DNA of 64,000 nt from Fonticula alba ATCC 38817. Its lineage: Eukaryota > Protista > Nucleariida. Below the pieces are notes generated by a model that saw only the letters and a list, made by a program, of their open reading frames with translations, did not search any database and had not been told where the DNA came from. The translations under genes were made by a program, and so were the position numbers. The stretch lies in assembly GCA_000388065.2 (NCBI GenBank), contig KB932207.1. One strand, given 5' to 3'. Positions 11,962-23,405 of the stretch are shown here, piece after piece (position 1 is the first letter of the stretch; each line of letters opens with the position of its first letter).

Positions 11962-13189
11962 CCGGTGGGATTAATGTCGTCTTAACTGGGCCCGGGCGCG
12001 GGAGAGATCACGCGAGTGGGCGTGATCGGCGTTTCACCCTTTTTTCCGATGAGCCCCCCTGGCGCCGGGGGGCGTGCAGGCGGAACAGGCGCGGCCATAG
12101 ATGCTCTGCCCCACGGAAGAGCTCCCCCGTCCCCTCGCGGCGGGCGGGACGGGGTGGGGCGGGAAAAAAAAAGGAGCCATGCGCCCGGAGTATCCACGCG
12201 CGCCGGGTCCCGAGCCAGCCGCGGGGCCGGGGGGGGGGGGGGGGGCGGGCAGGCGACGGGAGGGCGCGGCACGGGGAGGTCCTTGAGCTAGCGCGACCCC
12301 CCAGCCAGGGGCATGCCTTGCTGGGAATCCCCAGCGCACCCGCCCACACGCACGCACCTCTGGGGGGGGGGGGGGAGGGGGAGGGGGGGGGGGGGGGGGG
12401 GGGGGGAGCGGGCGGCGGGTGGCGGGTGGCAGGGGCGCGCATGCCGGTCGGGAGTGTGTGTCGCCACGCGAACGCCCACCGCCCGGGGAGGGAGGAACAC
12501 GGGCGGCCTGGGCCGGGCGCGCTCGTGGTCTGGTGTGCAGGCCCGGCGTGCGCGGGAGCACGCGCGTGCGCCTGGACGGCATCGGTCCGCCCCTCGGGGC
12601 CGGCCGCCAACGCTCCCTCGGGCGATTCTCCCGCCGGAAGTGCAATGATTCCCACATCCGGCCGAGGGTGCCGGCGAGGCGTGGCCGCCAGCGCAGGGGG
12701 CCCGGCCCGGGCCGGGGGGGGGGCGGGGGGCGGGATGCCGGCCGGGCGTCCCGGCGCACTCGGCGCACGGCAGGCTCTGTGCCAACTTTCCGCCCTCACG
12801 TCCCCCCCACGGACAGTGGAGGCCTCTCTTGGGGGCGCGGGAGCGAGATCGACCGCCGGCCACAGGCCAGCCTTTCAGCCCTGCCGGTGTGCGGCGGCCG
12901 AAGATCCCGCCCGGCTGCCGCTCCCCAAACAAAGCCCCGGGCCGCGGCGGGCTCAAGAGGACGCGGAGCGCCTTCTCACGTCTGGCCGGGGGACGAGAGC
13001 GCGGGGGGGGGGGCGGGACACCCAAATCGGACCCCAGCCTCGGGGATCTCAACTGGTCGGGGAAATAGCCTGCTGGTCGATGCGCCGGACCGTCCCACCC
13101 CTCCCTATCCCCCTTCTCCTTCCCTCCTCCTTCTCCTTCCCTCCCCCTTCTCCTCCCCTCCTCCCCCTTTCCCTCATCCCCCCGTCAGT

Positions 13190-13422
13190 ATGACCGGCAC
13201 AATCGCGGACCCTCAAGTCCCGGCGCCGGGCTCCGCCAACCCGGAGCAGTCGCGCAAGCGCGCGGCCTCGGACGACAGCGCCTCCGACGGCATGGAGCAG
13301 GTTTCCTCGCGGCAGATCGCGCGCAAGCGCAAGAAGCTCATGAAGCTGGCCGTGCGTGCAGTTGCCCGGCATTCTGTCTGCCCCCCGCCTTCTCACTGAC
13401 CTGTCCCCCTCTTTTTGCATGG

Positions 13423-13457
<35 letters not shown>

Positions 13458-14460
13458 CTCCCTCTTCGCCCGCCAACCCGAGCAGGAGCCACCATCGCTC
13501 ACCATCCACGACCAGTCGCGCGTGTACAAGATGAAGGTTCGCGCCTGTCTCCCCCTCCTTTGCTTCCTCCTCTCGCCCCCCCTTCTCCTTCGCCTCCCCA
13601 CCTCCCGCACACGCTGCATACACAGCCCTTCCCCTCTGACGCCCTCATGCTCGAATGCGCAGGACATCCGCGATCTGGTCCTGTGGACCATCGGCGAGGG
13701 GGTCAACACCCCATGGGTCTTGATCCGGCAGAAGCACCACATCCGCCGGGTGGTCATGGCCGTGGCCACCGGGCTCAACCTGCGGGACCCCCAGCAGCAA
13801 GAGGCGCTGCCGGTGCTGCGTCAGCTGTTCGGCGCGCCGGCCGACTTCCAAGCGGCCGGGTCGACCGCGCGGCCCTTCGCCTGCCTGGATGAGACGGCCT
13901 CGGTCGAGTGCGACCAGAATCCCGAATGCGCCGGGGCTGGGACGGCGTCCGGCGAGGGCGACAAAGCCGCCGAGGCCGGGGCCAGCGCCGCGGCCGACGA
14001 CGCCCAGCACCAGAAGCGCGGCTGGTGGGTGCGCACGTGCGCCCCCGGCGAGAAGACCCGCATCTATCACTCCGTGTCGGCTCTGCTCCAGTGCGAGCTG
14101 ACATCCGAGGACAAGAAGGCCCGGCGCGCGTGGGCGCTGGAGCAGCAGGCCAAGCAGCCTGGCGCCGGGCCGGCGTTGGCCGACGATGCCAGCCCCACCA
14201 CCGCCGCCTCGACGGACGCCGCCCCTGCCTCGGCCGGTACGTCGCACTCCCCTGTCGCTGCCGCTGCCGCTGGTGCCGCTGGTGCCGCTGGTGCCGCTGG
14301 TGCCGCTGGTGCCGCTGGCGCCGCTGGTGCCGCTGGTGCCGCTGGTGCTGGTGATGCCACCGCCGCCACTGCCACCGCCGCCACCGCCGCCACCGCCGCC
14401 ACTGCCACCGCCGCCACCGCCGCCACCGCCGCCACCGCCGCCACCGCCGCCACCGCCGCC

Positions 14461-14493
<33 letters not shown>

Positions 14494-17400
14494 ACCACCA
14501 CCACCACCACCACCACCACCACCACCACCATGATGGAGGATCAGCAGCCGGAGGATGTGCTCACCTCGATCGCCAGCCTGCGCGAGCTCTCCGCCCAGCG
14601 GGACCAGTACTACTACCGGATGTTGCTGGCCCTTGAGGCGCACCAAGAGCGCGCTGCTCGCATCCAGGGTACCTCCCCGGGGCCGCTGCTCTTTGCTGGG
14701 CCCCCCGGCTTCGGGCCTGGCTTGCCGCCCGGTGTGGTTCCCGGTGTGGTGCCTGGTGGGGTGCCTGGCCTGGCGCCGGGTCCGGCGTCTGGCCCAGCGC
14801 CTGGGTCGCTGCCCGGCATGGCTCACGGCTTCGCGCGCGGTCCACTGGCGGGTCCTTTCTCTTCCACGCTTCCTGCTGGCAGTGGTGCTAATCTTCCCAT
14901 GAATGTGCTCCCACGTCCCCCCCTTCCGGGCGTCCATCCGCCCACCGCTCTCTCCTCTTCCTCCTCCGATTCGTCCTCCTCCTCCGATTCGTCCTCCTTC
15001 TCCTCCTCCTCCGATTCGTCATCCGCCGATTCCTCCTCCTCCTCCTCCTCCTCGGATTCCTCCTCCTCCGATTCCTCCGATTCCTCCGATTCCTCCAACT
15101 CCTCCGACTCCTCCGACTCCTCCAATTCGGATTCCGACTCGGATTCCCCTCCGGATTTCCCGCTCCCCCCGACATTGCCTCCTCCGCCACCGGGCTTCGC
15201 CCTGGCCATGCTGCGGCCTGTCACGGGTGCCCCGCCCCGTCGCCTGCCTTCCGCCGCCTCCGCTTCTACCACCGCCGCCGGTTCTATCGCCTCCACTGCT
15301 GCCGCCTCCGACGCCGCCTCCGACTCCGCCGCCGCCGCTACTCCCACTGCCCTGGTCAACGTCCCCCCTTCGGCTACTGGGCCGGTTTCGCGACCCCCAA
15401 TGCGACCCTCCTTTCCCATGCCGCCGCCGCCGCCCCCTCATGGCCTCATGATGCCCCCTCCACATGGCTTCATGATGCCCCCCCCGCCGTTTGGGCACAT
15501 GCCTCCGCCCGGCTTCCCCTTTCCCTTTCCCCGGCCTCCCTTTCCCTTCCCCCCGGCGGGCATGCACTTTGATCCGTCACGGCTTCCGGTTCCCCTGCCA
15601 CTGCCGTTGCCACTGCCGCTGCCACTGCCGCTGCCTCCACCGTGTGCCAATGCCAAATCCCCGCAACAAGCCGCCCGCGATCAGGTCCTCAATATGATGG
15701 TCTTGTCGAAGGAAATCCTGCGCGCCAACAACTACTTCCTTCTGGATGACATTTCCTCGGCGGATGTGGTGGATGCCGAGTCGCCAGCGGCGCATCGGCC
15801 GCCCGTGGGCTTCGGCCCCGGCGCCCCGGCCCCGACCAGCCCCCTGCCGGCGGCGTCCCTGAAGCCGGTTCCCTTCGTGGCCAGCGCGGCCGCGGTGGCC
15901 GACGCCGGGACCGAATTCGACGGCCCGCTGACCGTTCGCGAGGAGGATCTGATTGCCATCGACTGTGAGATGGTGCGGCTGCCCCTCCCCCTCCCTACAT
16001 ACACGCGCGCGCGCGCATATGTCCATCAGCAGTCTGTTTCTCCTTTCCAGTCTGCCCCCTTGGGCTAACCCCCACCCCCCCTCCCCCGCATGCGCGCACG
16101 CTTATCGTCTTGCCCCCTCTCGCGAAATCCACCAGTGCATGACTGAGGCCGGCCAAGAGCTGACGCGCCTGTCGGCCGTCAATCACAAGCTCGAGGTCCT
16201 GGTGGACATCCTGGTCAAGCCGTATCGGCCGATCATCGACTACAATACCAAGTACGTAGCGCCATTCGGCTATCTCGCTTCGCCACGCGTCCGACCCTCT
16301 CTCTCCTTCTCTCTCTCTCCTTCTCTCTCTCTCTCCTTCTCTCTCTCCTTCTCTCTCTCCTTCTCTCTCTCCTTCTCTCTCTCCTTCTCTCTCTCCTTCT
16401 CTCTCTCCTTCTCTCTCTCCNNNNNNNNNNNNNNNNNNNNNNNNNNNNNNNNNNNNNNNNNNNNNNNNNNNNNNNNNNNNNNNNNNNNNNNNNNNNNNNN
16501 NNNNNNNNNNNNNNNNNNNNNNNNNNNNNNNNNNNNNNNNNNNNNNNNNNNNNNNNNNNNNNNNNNNNNNNNNNNNNNNNNNNNNNNNNNNNNNNNNNNN
16601 NNNNNNNNNNNNNNNNNNNNNNNNNNNNNNNNNNNNNNNNNNNNNNNNNNNNNNNNNNNNNNNNNNNNNNNNNNNNNNNNNNNNNNNNNNNNNNNNNNNN
16701 NNNNNNNNNNNNNNNNNNNNNNNNNNNNNNNNNNNNNNNNNNNNNNNNNNNNNNNNNNNNNNNNNNNNNNNNNNNNNNNNNNNNNNNNNNNNNNNNNNNN
16801 NNNNNNNNNNNNNNNNNNNNNNNNNNNNNNNNNNNNNNNNNNNNNCTCCCTCCCGCTCTCCCTCCCGCTCTCCCTCCCGCTCTCCCTCCCGCTCTCCCTC
16901 CCGCTCTCCCTCCCGCTCTCCCTCCTGCTCTTGCTCCCTCGTCCCTTCCCGTCCTTCACGTGGGTGTAGGTTCAGCGGCATCACCGAGGAGATTCTGGCC
17001 CCGGTGACCGCCCGTCTGGCGGATGCCCGGGCGGCCCTGCTGAAGGTCATGAGCCCGACCACGGTGCTGGTGGGCCACTCGCTGGAGAATGACTTGTCGG
17101 CCCTGCGGCTGTTACACTCGCGAGTGATCGACACGTCGGTGGTCTACCACCACACCCGAGGGCCGCCCTTCAAGGCAGCCCTCCGGTGGCTGGCCGAGCG
17201 CCATCTGAAGATGACCATCCAGACGGGCACCCGGTCGCCGGATCTGCCGGCCCCAACGGCCATCCCCGGCGGCCTGGCGGCCGACGGGCACGACTCGGTC
17301 GAGGATGCCTGCGCCACCATGAAGCTGGTCCTGCTGAAGGCCCAGCGGGGCTTCCAGTATGGCCTGGCCAAGGAGGAGACCGAGTCCCTCTTCCGGCGTT

Positions 17401-18301
17401 TGGCTCGGGTCCGCTGCACGCAGGGTGTCCCGCTGCATCTGCAGGCCGCGTCGCCCGGCGGTGGCCGTGCTCCAGGCCGGCAGTCTTCCGTGATCGACAC
17501 GCCAAACTCCATGCCCTCGCACGCCATCGACGGGGTGACCAGCCCGGTCCCGGCCTCCGGGGATGATGCCGTGGCCGCGGCCGCCGGGCGCCAGGCCGCC
17601 GATCACGACTTCCTCTTTCTGCGCTTCAGCGAGCTCGAGCGCCTGCAGAGTACGTCGCACTGGGAGGGGGCCGGGGGCTTCTGCTCGCCTCCCGGCGCTT
17701 TGGTCTCTTGCCTGTGCTTTACTCCTCTCCCTGCCTTTCATCCATTTTCACGCGTGCTCACCCGCTCCCTCCCCCCCCCCCCCCCCTCCCCCCTCCCCTC
17801 ACACACGCACGCACGCTAGACTCGCGCATCCAGCGCACCGGCGACGAGACCGACGCCGCGCAGTCCGATGCCGGGCTCGGGCCGACTGAGGCCGACCTGG
17901 CCGAGGACCGGGCCGTCATCGCCCGGCTCAACCGGAACATTGCTCGGGTCTGGAATGACCTGCCCCCGGGGACGCTCTTCCTCTTCCTCACCGGGCAGGG
18001 GGACATGACGCAGGTGAAGCGCCTGCTGAACCGCATCAATGGCCGGAAGCGCCTGCAGCAGGCCATGCGCAATACGCCCCTCACGCCGGCCGCCTTCGAT
18101 GCCATGACTCGCGATGATCTGGAGCTCCAGACGCTGATCGACGCCGCGCGCGTCGGGTGGTGCGGCCTGGCAGTGCGCGACATCGGCGAGTGCACCCTCC
18201 TGGGGATAGACGGCACCGGGGCCGCCGGGGCCGCCAAGACCCCGGCGGCCGCCGGCGATGTCTCCGCTGGCACCGAGCCTGCCGCGCCAGCCACCGAGTG
18301 A
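13190..18301 (+). CDS. RNH70: DEDDh RNA exonuclease, Rnh70/REX1 (REXO1/REXO5-like)
   Basis: Introns start at 13352, 13537, 15973, 16252 and 17650. N-terminal DIRDLVLWTIGEGVNTPWVLIRQKHHIRRVV; catalytic motifs IAIDCEM, VKPYRPIIDYNTKFSGIT, LVGHSLENDLSAL, VIDTS and GHDSVEDACAT. Confidence 0.93.
14264..14530 (+). repeat. Coding tandem repeats (GCCGCTGGT)n, (ACCGCCGCC)n and (ACC)n encoding GAA/TAA/poly-T runs
   Basis: Directly visible within the large exon of the exonuclease gene. Confidence 0.95.
16295..16925 (+). repeat. Intronic 12-bp pyrimidine minisatellites spanning an assembly gap
   Basis: (CTCTCTCTCCTT)n before and (CTCCCTCCCGCT)n after the N gap 16421-16845, inside intron 16252-16970. 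Confidence 0.9.
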
Positions 18302-18721
18302 GCCCCTTCCCCCTCCAATGCCCCGCGACAGCCGCGGCTTTGCGTCGCCCAATCCCTCCTTGTGTTTGACTCCCCCCCCCCTCCACTCCATCTCTCTCTC
18401 TCTCTCCCTCTCTGTCTCTGTCTTTGCCTCTGTGCGTGCTCCTCCCATTGTTCTGGGCGGGGCTCCCTCGTGCCCTGTGGCCGCGTTTCGCGGTGCTTCG
18501 ACAGCCGGCCCCTACGCCCCGGAGGCCATGTCCCCCCTCGGAGAGCATAGACTATACTGCCTGTGGATTGTGCGTGTGTATGTGTGTGTGTGTGTGTGTG
18601 GCCTGGGAAAGGTCGTGTGCATGGGGCACATCCAGCCGGCTGCCTCCAGTCTAGGGGGGTATATTGTGAAGGTGGGAGAAAGGGGGGGGGGGGGGGGGAG
18701 GGGAGAAATGGTCGCCATCTA

Positions 18722-19066
18722 TCAGGGGTCCGGTAGCACTGCTCGGCAGACGGGACAGACAAGCTTGATGTCCAGCCACTGGCCCGGTGCGCATGAAGAG
18801 GGGAGGGGGACAAAAGGCGAGACAATGTGCCGGGTCAGTTGAGGGCATCCGCGGTACTTCAGTCGAAGAGGGAGACATGGCGCACCTGCTCCAGACACGC
18901 CTGGTGGAAGATATGGTTGCAAGGGGTGAGCATGTGCGGCTCTTTGCGCAAGTCCATCGACTCCAAGCAGATGCCGCACTCGACTTGCGCCCCGCCGCCT
19001 GGGCCGGCTGCCTCCTCGTCCATGGGCGGTTGCAAATACTCGTATGTCTTGATGGTGTTCTGTACG

Positions 19067-19106
<40 letters not shown>

Positions 19107-20843
19107 CGTGCGTGTGTGTGAACGTTTGTGTGAACGTGTCAATGCCTGCCAGAATGTTGGCCCCGGGTGCAAGAGGAGGCAAAAGGCTGACACGGACCCG
19201 TTGCAGCACGGCCGGCCAGAAGAAGCGCGGCCCGACGTAATGCTGAACCAGGATGACAGCGATCTGGAAAACCACGAAGCACGCCAACACCCCCGAGGGC
19301 CCACGGCCGAGTGGACGGCAAATTGAAGGGCGTGCGCGAGGAGGGGACCAGCCACATGTACAGAGGCAGGACCATGCGCGACAGCGGGACCAGAATCATG
19401 TATGCGCTGAATGGATGCGACAGGTCAGTAAGAGCGTAGACGGGGAGAGGAGGCGCCCGTGGGGCGAGGGGGCGGCGCGCCGGACCGCCCGGGGAGAACG
19501 CACGGCGTCAGCGGCCTGCGCAAGCCGCGCGTGAAGTTCATGAATATCTGAGGGAAGAGGAAGGAATGGAAGACAAGAGCGTAGATCAGACCGAAGACCT
19601 CGGCCGAGCTGTAGTAGAAGAAGAGACTGAAGGCCGCAAACATGTCTGTGCCGGCCCGAGGGGACATGTCAGCGATGAGGGGGTGCTGGAGTGGGTGGCC
19701 AGGTCAAGCATATGGACAAAGAAGAGGGAGCGCGAAAGGGAGGGGGGGGGAGCGAGAGAAGGAGAGAGAGAGATAGATAGAGAGAGAGAGAAAGAGGGAG
19801 ACAGGCCCACGTACAGAAGTTTGTGAACATGTAGTTCCAGGACTCGCGTCGAACTTGGGGATCGTTGAGGCCAGGCGCCCCCGGGTGCTGCAGCATGCCC
19901 GCAGTCCAGGTCATCTGCATGAATAGCACGCCGAAGAAAAGGAACTGGCACAGCTTGACGAAGGTGACAAGCGCGAAAAGGAGCATGCTCGAGTCTGGAT
20001 CGCCGGGTCAGGGGCAAGGGCGGGCAGGGGAGGAGGTCGCGAGGCGGGCATATGGAGGAGGGATGCCCCGACATGGGGGGGGGGGGGGGGGGGGCACGCC
20101 CGCGCACGCCCACACGCACCAACCGACGGATATGCCGAGATATGGCGGAAGCAGATGGAGATGTCCAGCGCCGCCTGCAGCCAAATCATGAAGGGAGACA
20201 CGCGCGACAGCCGCTGGAGGAGGCCACGATAAGGCCGAGAGACGAGGGCATGAAGAGGGGGCGGTCAGTGCGGGAGTTCGCTCAAGAAAACGGCGCCAAG
20301 AGCCCCCCATCCCCCCCCCGGGGCCCCGAGGGAAAGGGCCTCATCCACAGCCAGCAACGCACGGCCTGGGTCTGTAGGGCCTCCATCTGCCGAGCGGTGA
20401 CGAAGTATTCCACCAGCGAGCAAACCAACAACACCAGGGCATATGTGCGCGCGTGCTGGTGGAAGACCGGCTGTCGGCGGCCATGTGAGGATGACACGGC
20501 CAGCGCCGGGGCCGGCAGACTAACCAGCGCCCGGTCCGGCGAGAGGACTATCATCCGGGCATTGAGCATGCCCGCGGTCACGTCATTCGGCAGGCTGGCC
20601 GATCGGCCGGTCGGATTGGCCAGGGCCCGCTCGTAGGCCGCCACGTCGGCTGGCGTCACCCCGGCCGGCAGGGAGACCGGCTGGAAGAGCAGCAGCACAA
20701 AGTACGAGGGGTTCTGCTGCCACTCGCCGCGGTCGGCGAACTCGAAGTTCCGGAGCTCTAATTGGCCGACGTGATGTTGGTAGAGTCAGAAGTGGGATCC
20801 AAGGACCCGAAGGCGGGGAGGGGCGGGGAGGGGCGGGGAGGGG

Positions 20844-20903
<60 letters not shown>

Positions 20904-22510
20904 AGATGGAAAGGGGCGCGGAGGAGGCGAAGGAGCGAGGCTGACGGGACACGCGCGGCGCGCCACGTACCACGGGTCACATCCCAGGATGGATCAAATT
21001 CATGCTTGGGCTGCAGCGTCGAGTTGAAGGTGCTCAGGATGTCGGCCGCGAGGCCGGCACTCGGGGCCAGCAAGTGGAGCAAGTCGGCGGCCGAGTGGTC
21101 CGACAGCACGGGGCTCGAGAAGCTGGACCCCAGCAAGGCCACCCCGAGCTTCGGCCAGTGGACCCCGAACATGGGGACCGTCGGAGTGGCCACCCGCAAG
21201 CGCACGGTGTCCTGCATGCGGAGGGTACCCTGGTATGGGATGAGCAGGCGGGTGCATGTGTGTGTGTGTGTGTGTGTGTGTTTGTGTGACCGAGAGTCTC
21301 AGAGTGTGAGCTTGATGGAGCCCCGAGAAGAAAGGGAGAGGCGAGGGAGAAGGAGGCGAGCCACCCGGGCACGCACCTTGACGAAGGCCCGGTCACTGGT
21401 CCGGTCGCTGGCCCAGTCATCCGGGTGCCGCGTCTCCAGCGACAGGACCATGGTCCCATTGCGGAAGGCCCAGGTGCTTGGATGAGAGCCGCGCAAGCGC
21501 GGAGGGCCGGCCCCGGCCCCGGCCCCGGCCCCGGCCCCGGGGCTCGGCGGGACGGCGCCCGTCTCGCCCGGTCCCGCCGACGGACTCGGCACCGGGGCCG
21601 GCTCCTCGCCCGGACCCCGGCCAGGCACCAAAGGCTGGGTCAAGTTCAGCGGAGCCATCCACCCCCCGGTGAAGGGCCACCCGGCCAGGATATCCGGGTT
21701 GGTGGCATTGATCGGATGATCGCTGGGCTTGGAGGTGAACAGGACCGACCGATCGACCAGGCTCGCCGGCGCGTGCCAGTCCGCCTGGATGATGGCCGTG
21801 ATGTTTGGCGGGAAGATGGTCCCCGCCCCGGCGACCGTGGCCCCGGGAGCAGGCCCCGGCTGTGGCGGAACCCCCTCGGCCGGGGCCAGCCGCGCGGCCG
21901 CCAGGCCCGAGGTGGCGTCCGTGGATGCCGGATCGCCCGCCGGCCTGCCGGGCCACTGGGGAACATGCTCATGCAGGAGATCCTGTACGAAATCCCGCAA
22001 CCCCGCCGGGAAGAGACGCTCGCGCGTGGCATACTCCAGCGCCGGCATGCTGTTGGCCGGCTGCCGGCTGCGCGCCGGCGGGGCCGACCGGAACCGCACA
22101 TACCGGCCAAATTGATCCGGTCGGCGGAGGACATCGGCTGGCTGGAACCCCGGCGCATAGCGCTGGCGATACTTCACCAGGAAGGAGAACGGATCAAACG
22201 CCGGCTCCGGCAGGCTTTCCGGGGCGTCGCCATTGGCCATGGCGCTCACGGCCAGGGCAGCGCCACTGGAAGCCGGCGACTCGGAGCCAGGGCTCCCCCG
22301 GGCCGGAGCCGGCGGCTGGGGCGACACATCGACCGAAGCCCACCCGGGGGCCAACAACGACACCAGCAGCAGCAGGACCCCGAGCAGCGGGAGGAAATGG
22401 GCCCCAGACGGCCGGCGATTGGGACGCCGCCGCCGGCGGCCCAGTCGCCCGGGCACCACCGACATCATTCCCGCGAGAGGCGGCCCCACGCCGGGGGGGC
22501 GGGTCGGCAT
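18722..22510 (-). CDS. TUL1: TUL1/Dsc1-type transmembrane RING-H2 E3 ubiquitin ligase, with an apparent 1-nt frameshift at 19290-19294
   Basis: Signal peptide, luminal domain, several TM helices (RVSPFMIWLQAALD, HSFLFPQIFMN, SRMVLPLYMW, QIAVILVQHYVGPRFFWP) and RING-H2 CGIC...TPCNHIFHQACLEQ-WLDIKLVCPVCRAVLP. The start could be the ATG at 22510 or one slightly downstream. Confidence 0.9.
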
Positions 22511-23405
22511 CGGCGGCGAGCAAGGGGGGAAGGGGAAATGCAAATGGACAATCGGGGGAGGGAGTAGGGGCCGAGGAGAAGTAGAAAGGACCGAGGCGGG
22601 ACAGGAGGAAGAGAGGGGGAACCAAGAGAGAAAGAGGGGGAGAGAGAGAGAGAGGGAGAGAAAAAAGATGGCGCCGCGGGGGGGGGGGGAGATGGAATGC
22701 CCCGGGTGTGGCGGTACCACGCACTGGCCCCTTCTGAGAGCCAGGGAGGGAGGGCGAGGGGCGGCCGCGATCCCAGAACCCCGGAAACCGCGGGACACCA
22801 CCCTTCCACAGACAACATCCCCCACCCCTGGGCCGCCGGCTCAGGTACGCTGATCGACGCCACTGGCGCTTAACAAGCCCATTGTCTCCCCCCCCCCCCC
22901 CCCTCTGCCGAGGTCGGTGGACGATCGACGGCGCCTTTCCCTGTGTTTCCCGCGCTGTGGTGACGCCGCTCTGAGCCCAGGGCTGGGGCGCCTAAACACA
23001 TGTATGTATTGTGCTGCGGGAGCGGGGGAGGGGGGATAATAACACACACACACATGTGTGTGTGTGTCTATGGCGCGCAGCCTGCAAGGACAGGGGGGCA
23101 GAGAGCCGGGGGTGGAAATGCGCGAAGAAGGGCGGCGGACGGGCAGGGGGACCACGGGCCAGGCCCCGGGGAGCGGGGGGCGGCGAGTCAGCGGCCGCAC
23201 GCCATAAAACGCGGCCCGCGCCTCTGTCTCTCGCTCTCTCTCGCTCTCTTTCTCTCTCTCTCTATATATCTCTCTGTCTCCCCCCCCCCCCCTCTCCCGC
23301 GCCCCCGCCAGCCACACCCGCGCGCCAGGCCGCGCCGCTCGCCGCGGACGAAGCGCGCATGGGGAAGCGCGCAGACAGCTCGATGGGTGATCACATGATA
23401 TTGCA

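Noticed and set aside
12633-12641. CCGGAAGT ETS-like promoter motif
   Set aside because: Single short match in GC-rich DNA, and ETS factors are not expected outside animals.
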